From positions 32,068 to 96,067 of the forward strand of contig CAYFXC010000005.1 of the NCBI GenBank assembly GCA_964347045.1: a stretch of DNA of 64,000 nucleotides, read 5' to 3'. A model generated the notes under the pieces. It had not been told where the DNA came from, searched no databases, and saw nothing but the letters and a program-made list of their open reading frames with translations. The stretch comes from an uncultured archaeon (lineage in GTDB: Archaea; Asgardarchaeota; Hermodarchaeia; Hermodarchaeales; Hermodarchaeaceae). This document shows positions 1 to 7,644 of this stretch, piece after piece. Each line of letters opens with the position of its first letter. Within the stretch, counting starts at the first letter, position 1. Position numbers and translations under genes: made by a program.

Positions 1-881
1 TAAGCCAAGAATATCAAGATTGTAAATCGGATTTATTTCCGTTTAATTCACGCCAACAAAAAGTCACTGAGCAACTTCAAAATCTCGAATCTCAGCGGTT
101 ACGGCGTCAAGCAGAAATTGATCGTATATCCGCGGAAGTCAAACAACGAGAAGATGAACACCTTCATCTTATGAAACAAACCAAAGATTTTCAAAAAGCA
201 GCAACCAAACTTGCAGATCGTCCTGATGTCGTTCGTGAGCCTGCTGCAATTCGTGATGATCAAATACAGGTTCAAGCAATGATCGATACTATTACAGCAA
301 CTGCCAAGGATCATCAAGCCTTTGAAGAACAAGAAAAAGTTGTATCACAACTCCAAGAATATATAAAACAACGTCAACTTCATCTTGAGAATCTTATGAC
401 CGACGTTGATCGACGACTCGTCGAATGGCGACGTCAACTCGAAGAGACTGTTGAAACTCTTAACCAACGAATGAATCAATTACTCAGCCACTTTCTCAAG
501 CAAGTCAAACTTCTTATTCGGTATCCCGATGAACCCAGCCGAGCTGAGCTCCATCTTCAACTTGCTATCAACCGTAAAGGGGATTGGAGAACCTATCAAG
601 AAATGTCCGGTGGCGAACGGGTTCTGGCTACCCAAACCTTCATACTTGCCCTTCACACGTTAGCAAAAAGCCCACTCCATGTGATCGACGAATTTACCCA
701 ACGCCTTGATGAAGCGAGCCGCGCAGCGATTTTAAATGTCGTTCAAAGGGCCCTCGACCTGACCCAGCAAGAATCGCTAATACATCCCCAGTTTCTTTTA
801 ATGGCTCCATCAACGGTCGGGCTCCAAATACCCGAGACTATGAATCATGTAGTTCTGATTAAAGGACAGGTGAAAAAATAG
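1..881 (+). CDS. SMC-family ATPase, C-terminal coiled-coil arm plus C-terminal head half (5' end outside window)
   Basis: Frame 3 is open from the window edge to TAG 879-881; the track only shows it from Met171. A long charged coiled-coil-like stretch (QRLRRQAEIDRISAEVKQRE...) is followed by the ABC/SMC signature MSGGER, Walker B LHVIDEF, D-loop-like LDEAS and QFLLMAPS near the C-terminus. Confidence 0.8.
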   Translation, partial: SQEYQDCKSDLFPFNSRQQKVTEQLQNLESQRLRRQAEIDRISAEVKQREDEHLHLMKQTKDFQKAATKLADRPDVVREPAAIRDDQIQVQAMIDTITATAKDHQAFEEQEKVVSQLQEYIKQRQLHLENLMTDVDRRLVEWRRQLEETVETLNQRMNQLLSHFLKQVKLLIRYPDEPSRAELHLQLAINRKGDWRTYQEMSGGERVLATQTFILALHTLAKSPLHVIDEFTQRLDEASRAAILNVVQRALDLTQQESLIHPQFLLMAPSTVGLQIPETMNHVVLIKGQVKK

Positions 882-1672
882 TGATTGCTAATGATACATC
901 AGCATTTCTTCGGGCTTTTCCCCGTCGTAAAGCTTGGTATGATAGTTTCCAAAATAACTACAAACGAAACCGTCTAACACGTTTTGGTACAAAAAGTGTC
1001 ATTATTACCCTTTGGAATCTGACTAAAAAATATGAAGTTGCACTCAAACATCATGATGTGGTTCCTGTTAAAGAAGCGGAATTAGACCGTGAGGAGGTCA
1101 CTGATGCTTTTCGTGTTCTCGATACTCCCTGGGAACGCAATCTGGATGGGCGATTCTACTACACCCTCGCCTCAATGCAACACCGCCGTGACGCTCAATT
1201 CGCTGCACCTGAAATTGCTCCCGAAGAATGGATTTCTCAATTCGCCAATGAGGTTAAACGTCGAGCCACTCCTATACTCTTCTTAATTAATCAAGAGCGT
1301 ACCATCCCTCCCTTTGATTTGCCTCCAGCTGATATGCCAATGGCAATGGATGTAGCACCATCTCGAGATGATCAGCAGGCAATACGGAGACATCGAGTTC
1401 GCTTCGAAGAAATTTCAATTGCTAGGCTTGATGCTCGTCGAACTTCCATTCTGGAACGTCTAAGAGGAAAACGATACAGCTTCACAGCATTATCCAATCT
1501 TCTAACTAACTGGGAATTAGATTTGTTGAGCCAGATGATCCGTGATGATTTGCTTCCTGCTACATTCGAGAAAACCGCTATTGTCTTTCAGAAGCCATCG
1601 CAATCTCAAAAAGCTGGTATTAGATTTAGTGCTGTCGCCATTCCTGCAAAAAATCATGAGGAGATTCATTGA
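881..1672 (+). CDS. Hypothetical protein, kleisin-sized (263 aa); possible kleisin-like partner of the upstream SMC-family ATPase
   Basis: The GTG start overlaps the upstream TAG by 1 nt (taGTG), with a GGTGA SD-like motif upstream. Helical N- and C-terminal regions are separated by a Pro/Asp/Met-rich probable linker (PPFDLPPADMPMAMDVAPSRDD). I recognise no family motif. Confidence 0.55.
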   Translation: MIANDTSAFLRAFPRRKAWYDSFQNNYKRNRLTRFGTKSVIITLWNLTKKYEVALKHHDVVPVKEAELDREEVTDAFRVLDTPWERNLDGRFYYTLASMQHRRDAQFAAPEIAPEEWISQFANEVKRRATPILFLINQERTIPPFDLPPADMPMAMDVAPSRDDQQAIRRHRVRFEEISIARLDARRTSILERLRGKRYSFTALSNLLTNWELDLLSQMIRDDLLPATFEKTAIVFQKPSQSQKAGIRFSAVAIPAKNHEEIH

Positions 1673-2319
1673 CAGTGACATCTGATCAAGCACCTCAAGA
1701 CTCAATTTCACCTTCCTCTGAGGAAAACGAAGAAGAATTCGAGCAACATCATCTGTTAGGTCAACTCTTTGCTGCTCTCACTGCTCGATTTCGTAATGAG
1801 GATGGTCAATTGACCATCGGTGTCAAACGACAGGATTTGCTTCAAGCCCTTCATATTAACAAAGCTGGATTAACTCGTCTACTCGATTTACTTCGCCAAC
1901 AGATAACTCCGCTCGGATTGGAATTAGTTGAATATCGGTTAGGTCGAGATACACTCTATTGTATCCGTACAATCTATGGAGTTCCTGGAGAACTCACAGA
2001 TCCCGAATACGCAGTCCTTGGTGTCATAATTTCGACCATAGAACGGGCAAGCAAACATCGTCGTCCTCGCAGAGTTGCAACAAAAGACATCGAAACTATT
2101 CTCGTTGCTCGGGGACGCCTATCCCGCTACCAGCTAGATAAAATACTTCGACGTTTAACTGAACTAGGTTACATCACACGAACAGCACGACGAATTGTAT
2201 ATGGTCCACGGCTGGAATTGGAATTTGATGCTGAACGTCGCGAAGCCATTTCTAACGCCGCTACTCTTTTTCTTGCGGGTGCAATTGCTGAATCGGAGGA
2301 CATAAAGAATGAAACTTGA
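1669..2319 (+). CDS. Hypothetical protein with acidic N-terminus and two putative winged-helix repeats (ScpB/KITE-like architecture)
   Basis: The TTG start overlaps the upstream TGA (TTGA, 1669-1672). Segments GLTRLLDLLRQQITPLGLELVEY and SRYQLDKILRRLTELGYITRTARRIVYGPR look like wHTH recognition helix plus wing. The domain call is inferred from the sequence pattern only. Confidence 0.55.
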   Translation: MTVTSDQAPQDSISPSSEENEEEFEQHHLLGQLFAALTARFRNEDGQLTIGVKRQDLLQALHINKAGLTRLLDLLRQQITPLGLELVEYRLGRDTLYCIRTIYGVPGELTDPEYAVLGVIISTIERASKHRRPRRVATKDIETILVARGRLSRYQLDKILRRLTELGYITRTARRIVYGPRLELEFDAERREAISNAATLFLAGAIAESEDIKNET

Positions 2320-2770
2320 CCTTTCCACCGTTGGTATCAGCTGTGTTGCCTGTGGTACACGAACAACACTCGAGCAGGCAATCCAAAATGACTGGCATCA
2401 GTGTCTCCGTTGCCAATTCTTTATTGATCCTCATTGCCTTGAAATTGTACAAAACACGATGGGCGGAGTTTGCCCCTCTTTCAGTCAGGGAGTATCCCGG
2501 CATTCTCTACAACAAGCAGATATCCCCTCTGAACAAATCCTTATTTTCGTTAAAGATCAATATCAGAAAGGTCGAATAGGGGTTCTCATCGACACACTCT
2601 TCTATACAAAACCATCTGCTCTTGAAAAACCTCAACATAAAAGTGAACTACAACCCCATTTCGAAGAAGCCCTTACTCGCGAAGAAATCTGGCAACGATA
2701 TGGTCTTGTATTAGTGCAACGATCCCATGGTAAATGGAAAACTTGGGAAAAAGTTGGTAGTACAGGATAA
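2309..2770 (+). CDS. Small Cys/His-rich protein with N-terminal zinc ribbon (153 aa)
   Basis: ATG 2309 overlaps the upstream stop (TGA 2317-2319), with GGAGGA 9 nt upstream. The N-terminus carries C12-x2-C15 ... H30-x-C32-x2-C35 ... H42-C43 ... C55. Confidence 0.55.
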   Translation: MKLDLSTVGISCVACGTRTTLEQAIQNDWHQCLRCQFFIDPHCLEIVQNTMGGVCPSFSQGVSRHSLQQADIPSEQILIFVKDQYQKGRIGVLIDTLFYTKPSALEKPQHKSELQPHFEEALTREEIWQRYGLVLVQRSHGKWKTWEKVGSTG

Positions 2771-2810
2771 AATGCATTAAAGGCGGAAATTATTTACCCC
2801 CTACAGTATA

Positions 2811-3185
2811 ATGGCATCTCAATCTGTATCCATAGCGATAGGCTCGGAGCTGATGGGTGTGGTTGATGAAAAATCTCCAATTTGGGTAAAGCATGCCATC
2901 CGGCGATGGAAACAGTTCTATCATGAAATCCAATATGCTGATGGGCAAATTGATATTTCGAACCCCTTGAGTACAATCTTTCGCAACGAATCTCAAATGG
3001 CAAAATTAGCTGTTGAAGGTAGCTCTGTATCAACTGAATCTATTCAGACAAAAAAAGAGGACTCAACAAAGTCTCAACCAGAGAAGATACCTTCTTCGAA
3101 ACCTGAACAAAAACAGAGTAAGGGGCGGTTTCTCTTTAAAATAAAGGAACTCCAGTTCCTTTCTACTCCGCTCAGCTTTTTTTGA
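2811..3185 (+). CDS. Hypothetical protein (124 aa), low-complexity Ser/Lys/Glu-rich C-terminal half
   Basis: ORF only. It starts 40 nt after the Zn-ribbon gene on the same strand, and its 3' end runs into a hairpin/T-run and overlaps the convergent deacetylase gene by 14 nt. Coding status is uncertain. Confidence 0.3.
   Translation: MASQSVSIAIGSELMGVVDEKSPIWVKHAIRRWKQFYHEIQYADGQIDISNPLSTIFRNESQMAKLAVEGSSVSTESIQTKKEDSTKSQPEKIPSSKPEQKQSKGRFLFKIKELQFLSTPLSFF
3144..3183. terminator. Hairpin (7-bp stem AAGGAAC/GTTCCTT, 4-nt loop) followed by T7 between convergent genes; candidate bidirectional terminator
   Basis: Stem is 3144-3150 / 3155-3161 and the T-run is 3177-3183 on the + strand. The reverse strand has TATTTTAAA after the same hairpin. 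Oligo-T tracts are the usual archaeal termination signal. Confidence 0.35.
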
Positions 3186-4173
3186 TATGTTTTTGGGCAT
3201 TTTCGTCTATTCCGAGTTCAGCCAGAATTTTATCAATAATATTGCTTGCCGCTCGCTTTGTCTCCTTTGATTCGGTTACCGCTTCATCTCTGATATCCTC
3301 AGGCAGTTGTGGTAATCCAGCAAGTTTTCTGATGATTCCCGAGATTGCATGTTTAGCAACTGACTCCTCAGATCCTCCGGATAGCAATACCACCAACCGA
3401 CCTGAACACATTTCATCCGCCGCCTGTAGTAGAATGCCTGTCATAGCTGGAAATGCTCGTAGTGATAGATTGAAGCCACCATAATCTAAGGCATGTGCAT
3501 CATGTCCCATATTCCACAATATTATTTCAGGACGACAAAGCCGAGCCCAGGGAAGTACTAATCGGCGTACGGCTTCTACAAAGGACTCGTCACTGCTACT
3601 GCTGGGAAATGGAATGTCGACATGGTGCATACTAACTGTGTCTATGCTCTCCCGAAAACTTGCCTCAAAGTTGAGGTGAAACACGCCTTCATCATGACCA
3701 AGTATATCACGTGTTCCATCACCAGGATGGGGGTCTGTATCAACAATGAGAAACCGCTTTACATCGTGGCCTTGCTGTAAATGACGTACAAGCAACGCTG
3801 TATTGTTATAGTAGCAAAATCCCCAGAACGAATCACGGCTAGCGTGATGACCCGCACACCCCGTAAATGCAAAAGCGTTCGCTGCTTCACCGACCCAAAC
3901 GGCCTCTCCCGCTCTAACAGCAGAGCCACCCGATACTAAGGAGGCTGGATCATATCCTGACCCTTTCACTTGCTTAATATGGTCAGGCGTATGAACTTTC
4001 AACAGCAACCTCTCACTTACTTCTGGGGCTTCTTCAACTCTGACTTGGGCGGAATCGAAGGTGCCTGTTTCTTGCAAATAGTCAAATGCGGGCTGTACCC
4101 GACCGGCTAAAACAGGATATCCTTCGACAGCCATTAAAGGATGGTAAACAACAAGAGTTGGCTTCTTTTTCAT
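3172..4173 (-). CDS. Histone deacetylase-family enzyme (acetylpolyamine/acetoin-utilisation type deacetylase)
   Basis: Class I/II HDAC motifs: CAGHHASRDSFWGFCYYNN (catalytic HH and GFC), VDTDPHPGDGT (metal-binding D.D.H.GDG) and GGFNL. Confidence 0.85.
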   Translation of the reverse strand: MKKKPTLVVYHPLMAVEGYPVLAGRVQPAFDYLQETGTFDSAQVRVEEAPEVSERLLLKVHTPDHIKQVKGSGYDPASLVSGGSAVRAGEAVWVGEAANAFAFTGCAGHHASRDSFWGFCYYNNTALLVRHLQQGHDVKRFLIVDTDPHPGDGTRDILGHDEGVFHLNFEASFRESIDTVSMHHVDIPFPSSSSDESFVEAVRRLVLPWARLCRPEIILWNMGHDAHALDYGGFNLSLRAFPAMTGILLQAADEMCSGRLVVLLSGGSEESVAKHAISGIIRKLAGLPQLPEDIRDEAVTESKETKRAASNIIDKILAELGIDENAQKHIKKS

Positions 4174-4246
4174 AATAATTCCAGCTTACTACATTTGAGC
4201 AAAAAAGGATATAACAGGATGTCTTATTCTACAGAACCACCCAAGG

Positions 4247-5455
4247 ATGAGATTTACATTGGAAATTCGAAAAATTACAAACAAAGAACGCAGTACGCTC
4301 ATGGATCTTTACCGGTATGCCTATACTGAATGGTCAGACCAACCAATCAAGAGCGAAGAGCTGGATGAAATTATTTCTGAAGAGACATTAGGCTTTTTCG
4401 AAAACGGGCGATTAATCTCATCACTTCGTGTACATGACTTTCAGCAATCCATCCGGGGAGTCCTCAAAGATTGTGGAGGCGTTGCAGGTGTAGCCACCTA
4501 CCCTGAAGCCCGAACCAAAGGGTATGTTCGCCAGTTAATGCAAGCAAGCTTCAAACAAATGCGAGAACAAGGGCAATCAGTAAGCATGCTTGATCCCTTC
4601 AAACAAAGTTTCTATGAGAAGTTTGGATTTGTCGCTGCAAACGCCGCCTATGTGGTTCAAGCTCCTATCAAGCAGCTTCAATATTGGAAAAAAGAAAATC
4701 AAAGCACTGATTGGACCTTTGAAAGGGTACGAGCTGTTGATGCGAAGGATATTCTGCTAAAATTTATCCGAGAAGTGGGACCAAAGCAGTATCATGGATA
4801 TATCATTTTCAAATCTATTCCTGCCGGTATGTGGAAGCAACGAGTGAAAGACAGTATAGTTGTCTTTGTTCGGAATGAAGGAAAAATTCAGGCGGTCAGT
4901 CGGTATAGGATTAAAGGGGAACGGATTCAAGGAAGTTGGCAAAACAACCTTACCGTTATCGATAGTCTCTGGCGAACACGTGAGGCTCGAGACCAACTTT
5001 TCAGCTTTTTTGCTAGACATCAAGACCAAATTCACAATATCATTATACATGCTCCTTTCGAAACCAAGGTAGATCACTGGTTTAAAGATGTTCGAATGAA
5101 AGTGGAACGAAAAACTACTTGGATGGTTCGATTAGTAGATGTCAAAAAAGCTATTGATAAGCTTCCTGGAGAAGGCGAGGATATCATCACGCTTGAACTT
5201 ACCGATTCAGACTGTCCATGGAACAATGGCATATTCACCATTCAATCAGAAAAGGGTGTTTTGCGTATGACTAAAAGCTCGGGTAATCCAATCGTGAAAA
5301 TCTCTATTGAAGCGCTTTCCTCTTTGGTTTATGGAACTCAACCTCTCGAAGAAATAGAATTCCAAGAAAAAATTACAATTTCAGAAGATTGGGCAAGGCA
5401 CACTTTGCAAAGGTGGTTCCCCCCCCTTCCTCTGTATAATGTCGTCTACTTCTAA
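4247..5455 (+). CDS. Eis-like GNAT N-acetyltransferase with C-terminal SCP2-like domain (paralog 1, 402 aa)
   Basis: Carries the GNAT core (GVATYPEARTKGYVRQLMQ, SVSMLDPFKQSFYEKFGF). Length and layout match the Eis/COG4552-type three-domain proteins. Roughly half of the residues in the N-terminal region are identical to the ORF at 13059-14267. Confidence 0.75.
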   Translation: MRFTLEIRKITNKERSTLMDLYRYAYTEWSDQPIKSEELDEIISEETLGFFENGRLISSLRVHDFQQSIRGVLKDCGGVAGVATYPEARTKGYVRQLMQASFKQMREQGQSVSMLDPFKQSFYEKFGFVAANAAYVVQAPIKQLQYWKKENQSTDWTFERVRAVDAKDILLKFIREVGPKQYHGYIIFKSIPAGMWKQRVKDSIVVFVRNEGKIQAVSRYRIKGERIQGSWQNNLTVIDSLWRTREARDQLFSFFARHQDQIHNIIIHAPFETKVDHWFKDVRMKVERKTTWMVRLVDVKKAIDKLPGEGEDIITLELTDSDCPWNNGIFTIQSEKGVLRMTKSSGNPIVKISIEALSSLVYGTQPLEEIEFQEKITISEDWARHTLQRWFPPLPLYNVVYF

Positions 5456-5517
5456 TAGATGTACTTACAAGAGGTTTTTTAGGTAGAAACATCATTGAGT
5501 GGATTCGCTGGTCTGGG

Positions 5518-5919
5518 GTGTTGTTAATGAGTATTGAACTTCCCTTCGATCAAATCCGCGAAACGATTAAGCAGCATTTGGTATTTACACCTGACCCAAA
5601 CGCTCGTACCATTAAACTTGAGTTCAAAGGATCCATTTATGAGGAAATGCCTTTTGGTGATATGCTTGAAGATGAGGAGGGGCTAAAACGAATGGCAAAG
5701 AACTTCATGGATGAAGATATTGAATATACAGCTGAATCTCTCTCTGAAGGAAAAGGGGTCCTCCTCCATTTCCAGTCAACCGACGAGTATCAGAAAATGT
5801 ATAATTTCATCGATGGCATTTTGAACGGAGATCTACTCCAAGAAATCATGGCAAAAATTATGAAATCCATGTTTTCGGCTATGGACGAAGATCGCTCTGA
5901 TTTCGACAATACTACATAA
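5518..5919 (+). CDS. Hypothetical acidic protein (133 aa; may start at ATG 5527)
   Basis: ORF with reasonable composition in an otherwise empty interval. No recognisable motif. Confidence 0.4.
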   Translation: MLLMSIELPFDQIRETIKQHLVFTPDPNARTIKLEFKGSIYEEMPFGDMLEDEEGLKRMAKNFMDEDIEYTAESLSEGKGVLLHFQSTDEYQKMYNFIDGILNGDLLQEIMAKIMKSMFSAMDEDRSDFDNTT

Positions 5920-5992
5920 AAAAATGCTTAACTCCCCCAAAACAACTATCGAATGGTGTTCAAGACCTCCAAGCTAAAGGGAAAATGACCTG

Positions 5993-7348
5993 ATGATTCG
6001 GAATTATTCAGCTTTGATCAAAGGGTCCACCCAAACCCAACAAGCTAGATGTATTGTCTTAGACCTCATTAACGCCACTCTGAAGGCCATTGATCCAAAA
6101 CACCTAGTTCGTAAGGCTCTCAAATACAAAAATCGCTCATTGCATCTTGCTAGGAAGCAAATTGGAATAAATGATGTAAATGGAATATATGTAATCGGAG
6201 CAGGTAAAGCCACGGGACGAATGGCGGAAGCTGTCGAAGCCATCCTTAAAGACCATATATCAGGTGGGCTAATCATTGTTCCAGAAACCAACATCAACGA
6301 CTACAAACTAGATGATGTGCAAGTACACGGTGGGGGACATCCCTTTCCAACGAAATCAAGCATTAACGCAACACAAGCACTGCTAGCGGTCGTTTCTCAA
6401 AGTCCTGCTGATGCACTCGTGATTAGCCTGTTTTCTGGTGGAGGCTCCGCATTGCTAGCTCTTCCCGCTCCTTCCATCACACATCAAGACCTCCATCAAA
6501 CCACTAAAATGCTATTGTTTTCAGGATTACCAATTGATCAGATTAACACGGTTCGGAAACATCTTTCACAAGTAAAAGGAGGTCAGCTGGCACTTCACGT
6601 TTATCCTCGGCACCACTGGAGTTTGCTTATCTCCGATATTCCCGGTGACCAACTCGATATGATTGCCAGCGGACCCACCCTACCAGATCCTACGACCTAT
6701 CAAATGGTATCCGCCATTTTTGGAACTCACCAACTTTGGCAACATGTTCCCCAATCGGTTCACAATCATATCAAATCTGGAATTAAAGGGCAAAGAAACG
6801 AAACACCCAAACCCCATAACCCAATCTTTTCTCAGAATCACCTTCAACTTATTGGAAGCAACCGTACCGCCTGTGAAGCGGCCCAACTACACGCCTTACA
6901 ATATGGTATCAAAGCCCGCATTCTAACAACCGACTGTCAAGGCGAAGCTCGTAATATTGGAACCCAAATCGCCCAAATTGCCTGTAATCTCACAAAATCT
7001 AATCACGCCTTCATCATCGGATCTGAAACCACCGTCACCCTAAAACACCCTGGAAAAGGTGGACGAAACACTGAACTTCTTACTGCCGCCCTACCAGGAA
7101 TTCAAAACCAAAAAGGACTCATCATTGCAAGTATCTCTACCGATGGCCTCGACGGCAATACTCCGTATGCTGGAGGTATTATCGATGGTTCTTCCTTCTC
7201 GCGTGCCTCTATTCTCGGGCTAGACACTGAACAAGTTCTAGAACAAAATAATACGTTCTCATTATTTGATGCCTTAGGTGACCACATTGATACAGGACCA
7301 ACTCACACGAACGTTCGAGATCTCACCCTGATTCTTAGAGCCAATTAG
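5993..7348 (+). CDS. Glycerate 2-kinase (DUF4147/MOFRL, TtuD family)
   Basis: Family motifs GAGKATGRMAEA, GGHPFP, LFSGGGSALL, RKHLSQVKGG and C-terminal STDGLDG...GPT.TNV.D. Confidence 0.85.
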   Translation: MIRNYSALIKGSTQTQQARCIVLDLINATLKAIDPKHLVRKALKYKNRSLHLARKQIGINDVNGIYVIGAGKATGRMAEAVEAILKDHISGGLIIVPETNINDYKLDDVQVHGGGHPFPTKSSINATQALLAVVSQSPADALVISLFSGGGSALLALPAPSITHQDLHQTTKMLLFSGLPIDQINTVRKHLSQVKGGQLALHVYPRHHWSLLISDIPGDQLDMIASGPTLPDPTTYQMVSAIFGTHQLWQHVPQSVHNHIKSGIKGQRNETPKPHNPIFSQNHLQLIGSNRTACEAAQLHALQYGIKARILTTDCQGEARNIGTQIAQIACNLTKSNHAFIIGSETTVTLKHPGKGGRNTELLTAALPGIQNQKGLIIASISTDGLDGNTPYAGGIIDGSSFSRASILGLDTEQVLEQNNTFSLFDALGDHIDTGPTHTNVRDLTLILRAN

Positions 7349-7405
7349 TGCAGATTGACGCGTAAAAGAGGTAATTTCGGAATTTGTCCTCAAAACGAAG
7401 AGGAA

Positions 7406-7536
7406 CACTGGGACTTATGGCGGATTAGGCACCTCCATAAAAAGGACACAATTGGAGGGGAGAGGGAATGGTTTTCTAGGGGGGAGGGAAGTGCCAAGAT
7501 CTATCGCCAAACCCAATGTTCCCACATACACCGCTC
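7406..7536 (+). repeat. Intergenic conserved element, copy A (candidate structured ncRNA or repeat)
   Basis: Shares CACTGG, GGCGGATTAG.CACCTC and a 28-nt identical core GGAGAGGGAATGGTTTTCTAGGGGGGAG (7459-7486) plus GTGCCA and CACCGCTC with 32818-32923. Both copies lie on the same strand downstream of a + strand gene. Confidence 0.6.
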
Positions 7537-7644
7537 ATTTTTGTTATTTAAACATTTCATTGTGTGCTACTTTTTAAAATACTTTACCACAATAAGAACC
7601 TACGTAACCAGGTATCTATACCCGCTTTAATAGACTTCTAAAAC

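Noticed and set aside
881-2319. Naming the 263-aa and 216-aa proteins ScpA and ScpB
   Set aside because: Size and order fit, but I cannot see the canonical ScpA N-terminal or ScpB signature motifs by eye. I kept them as kleisin-like and KITE-like hypotheses pending profile searches.
7355-7630. 91-aa track ORF in the glycerate-kinase / ACS intergenic region
   Set aside because: Its only conserved part is the repeat shared with 32818-32923, and that conservation persists across a frame-shifting indel. The rest has an implausible composition (His/Arg/Cys/Tyr-rich) with a TTG start. I treat it as non-coding.
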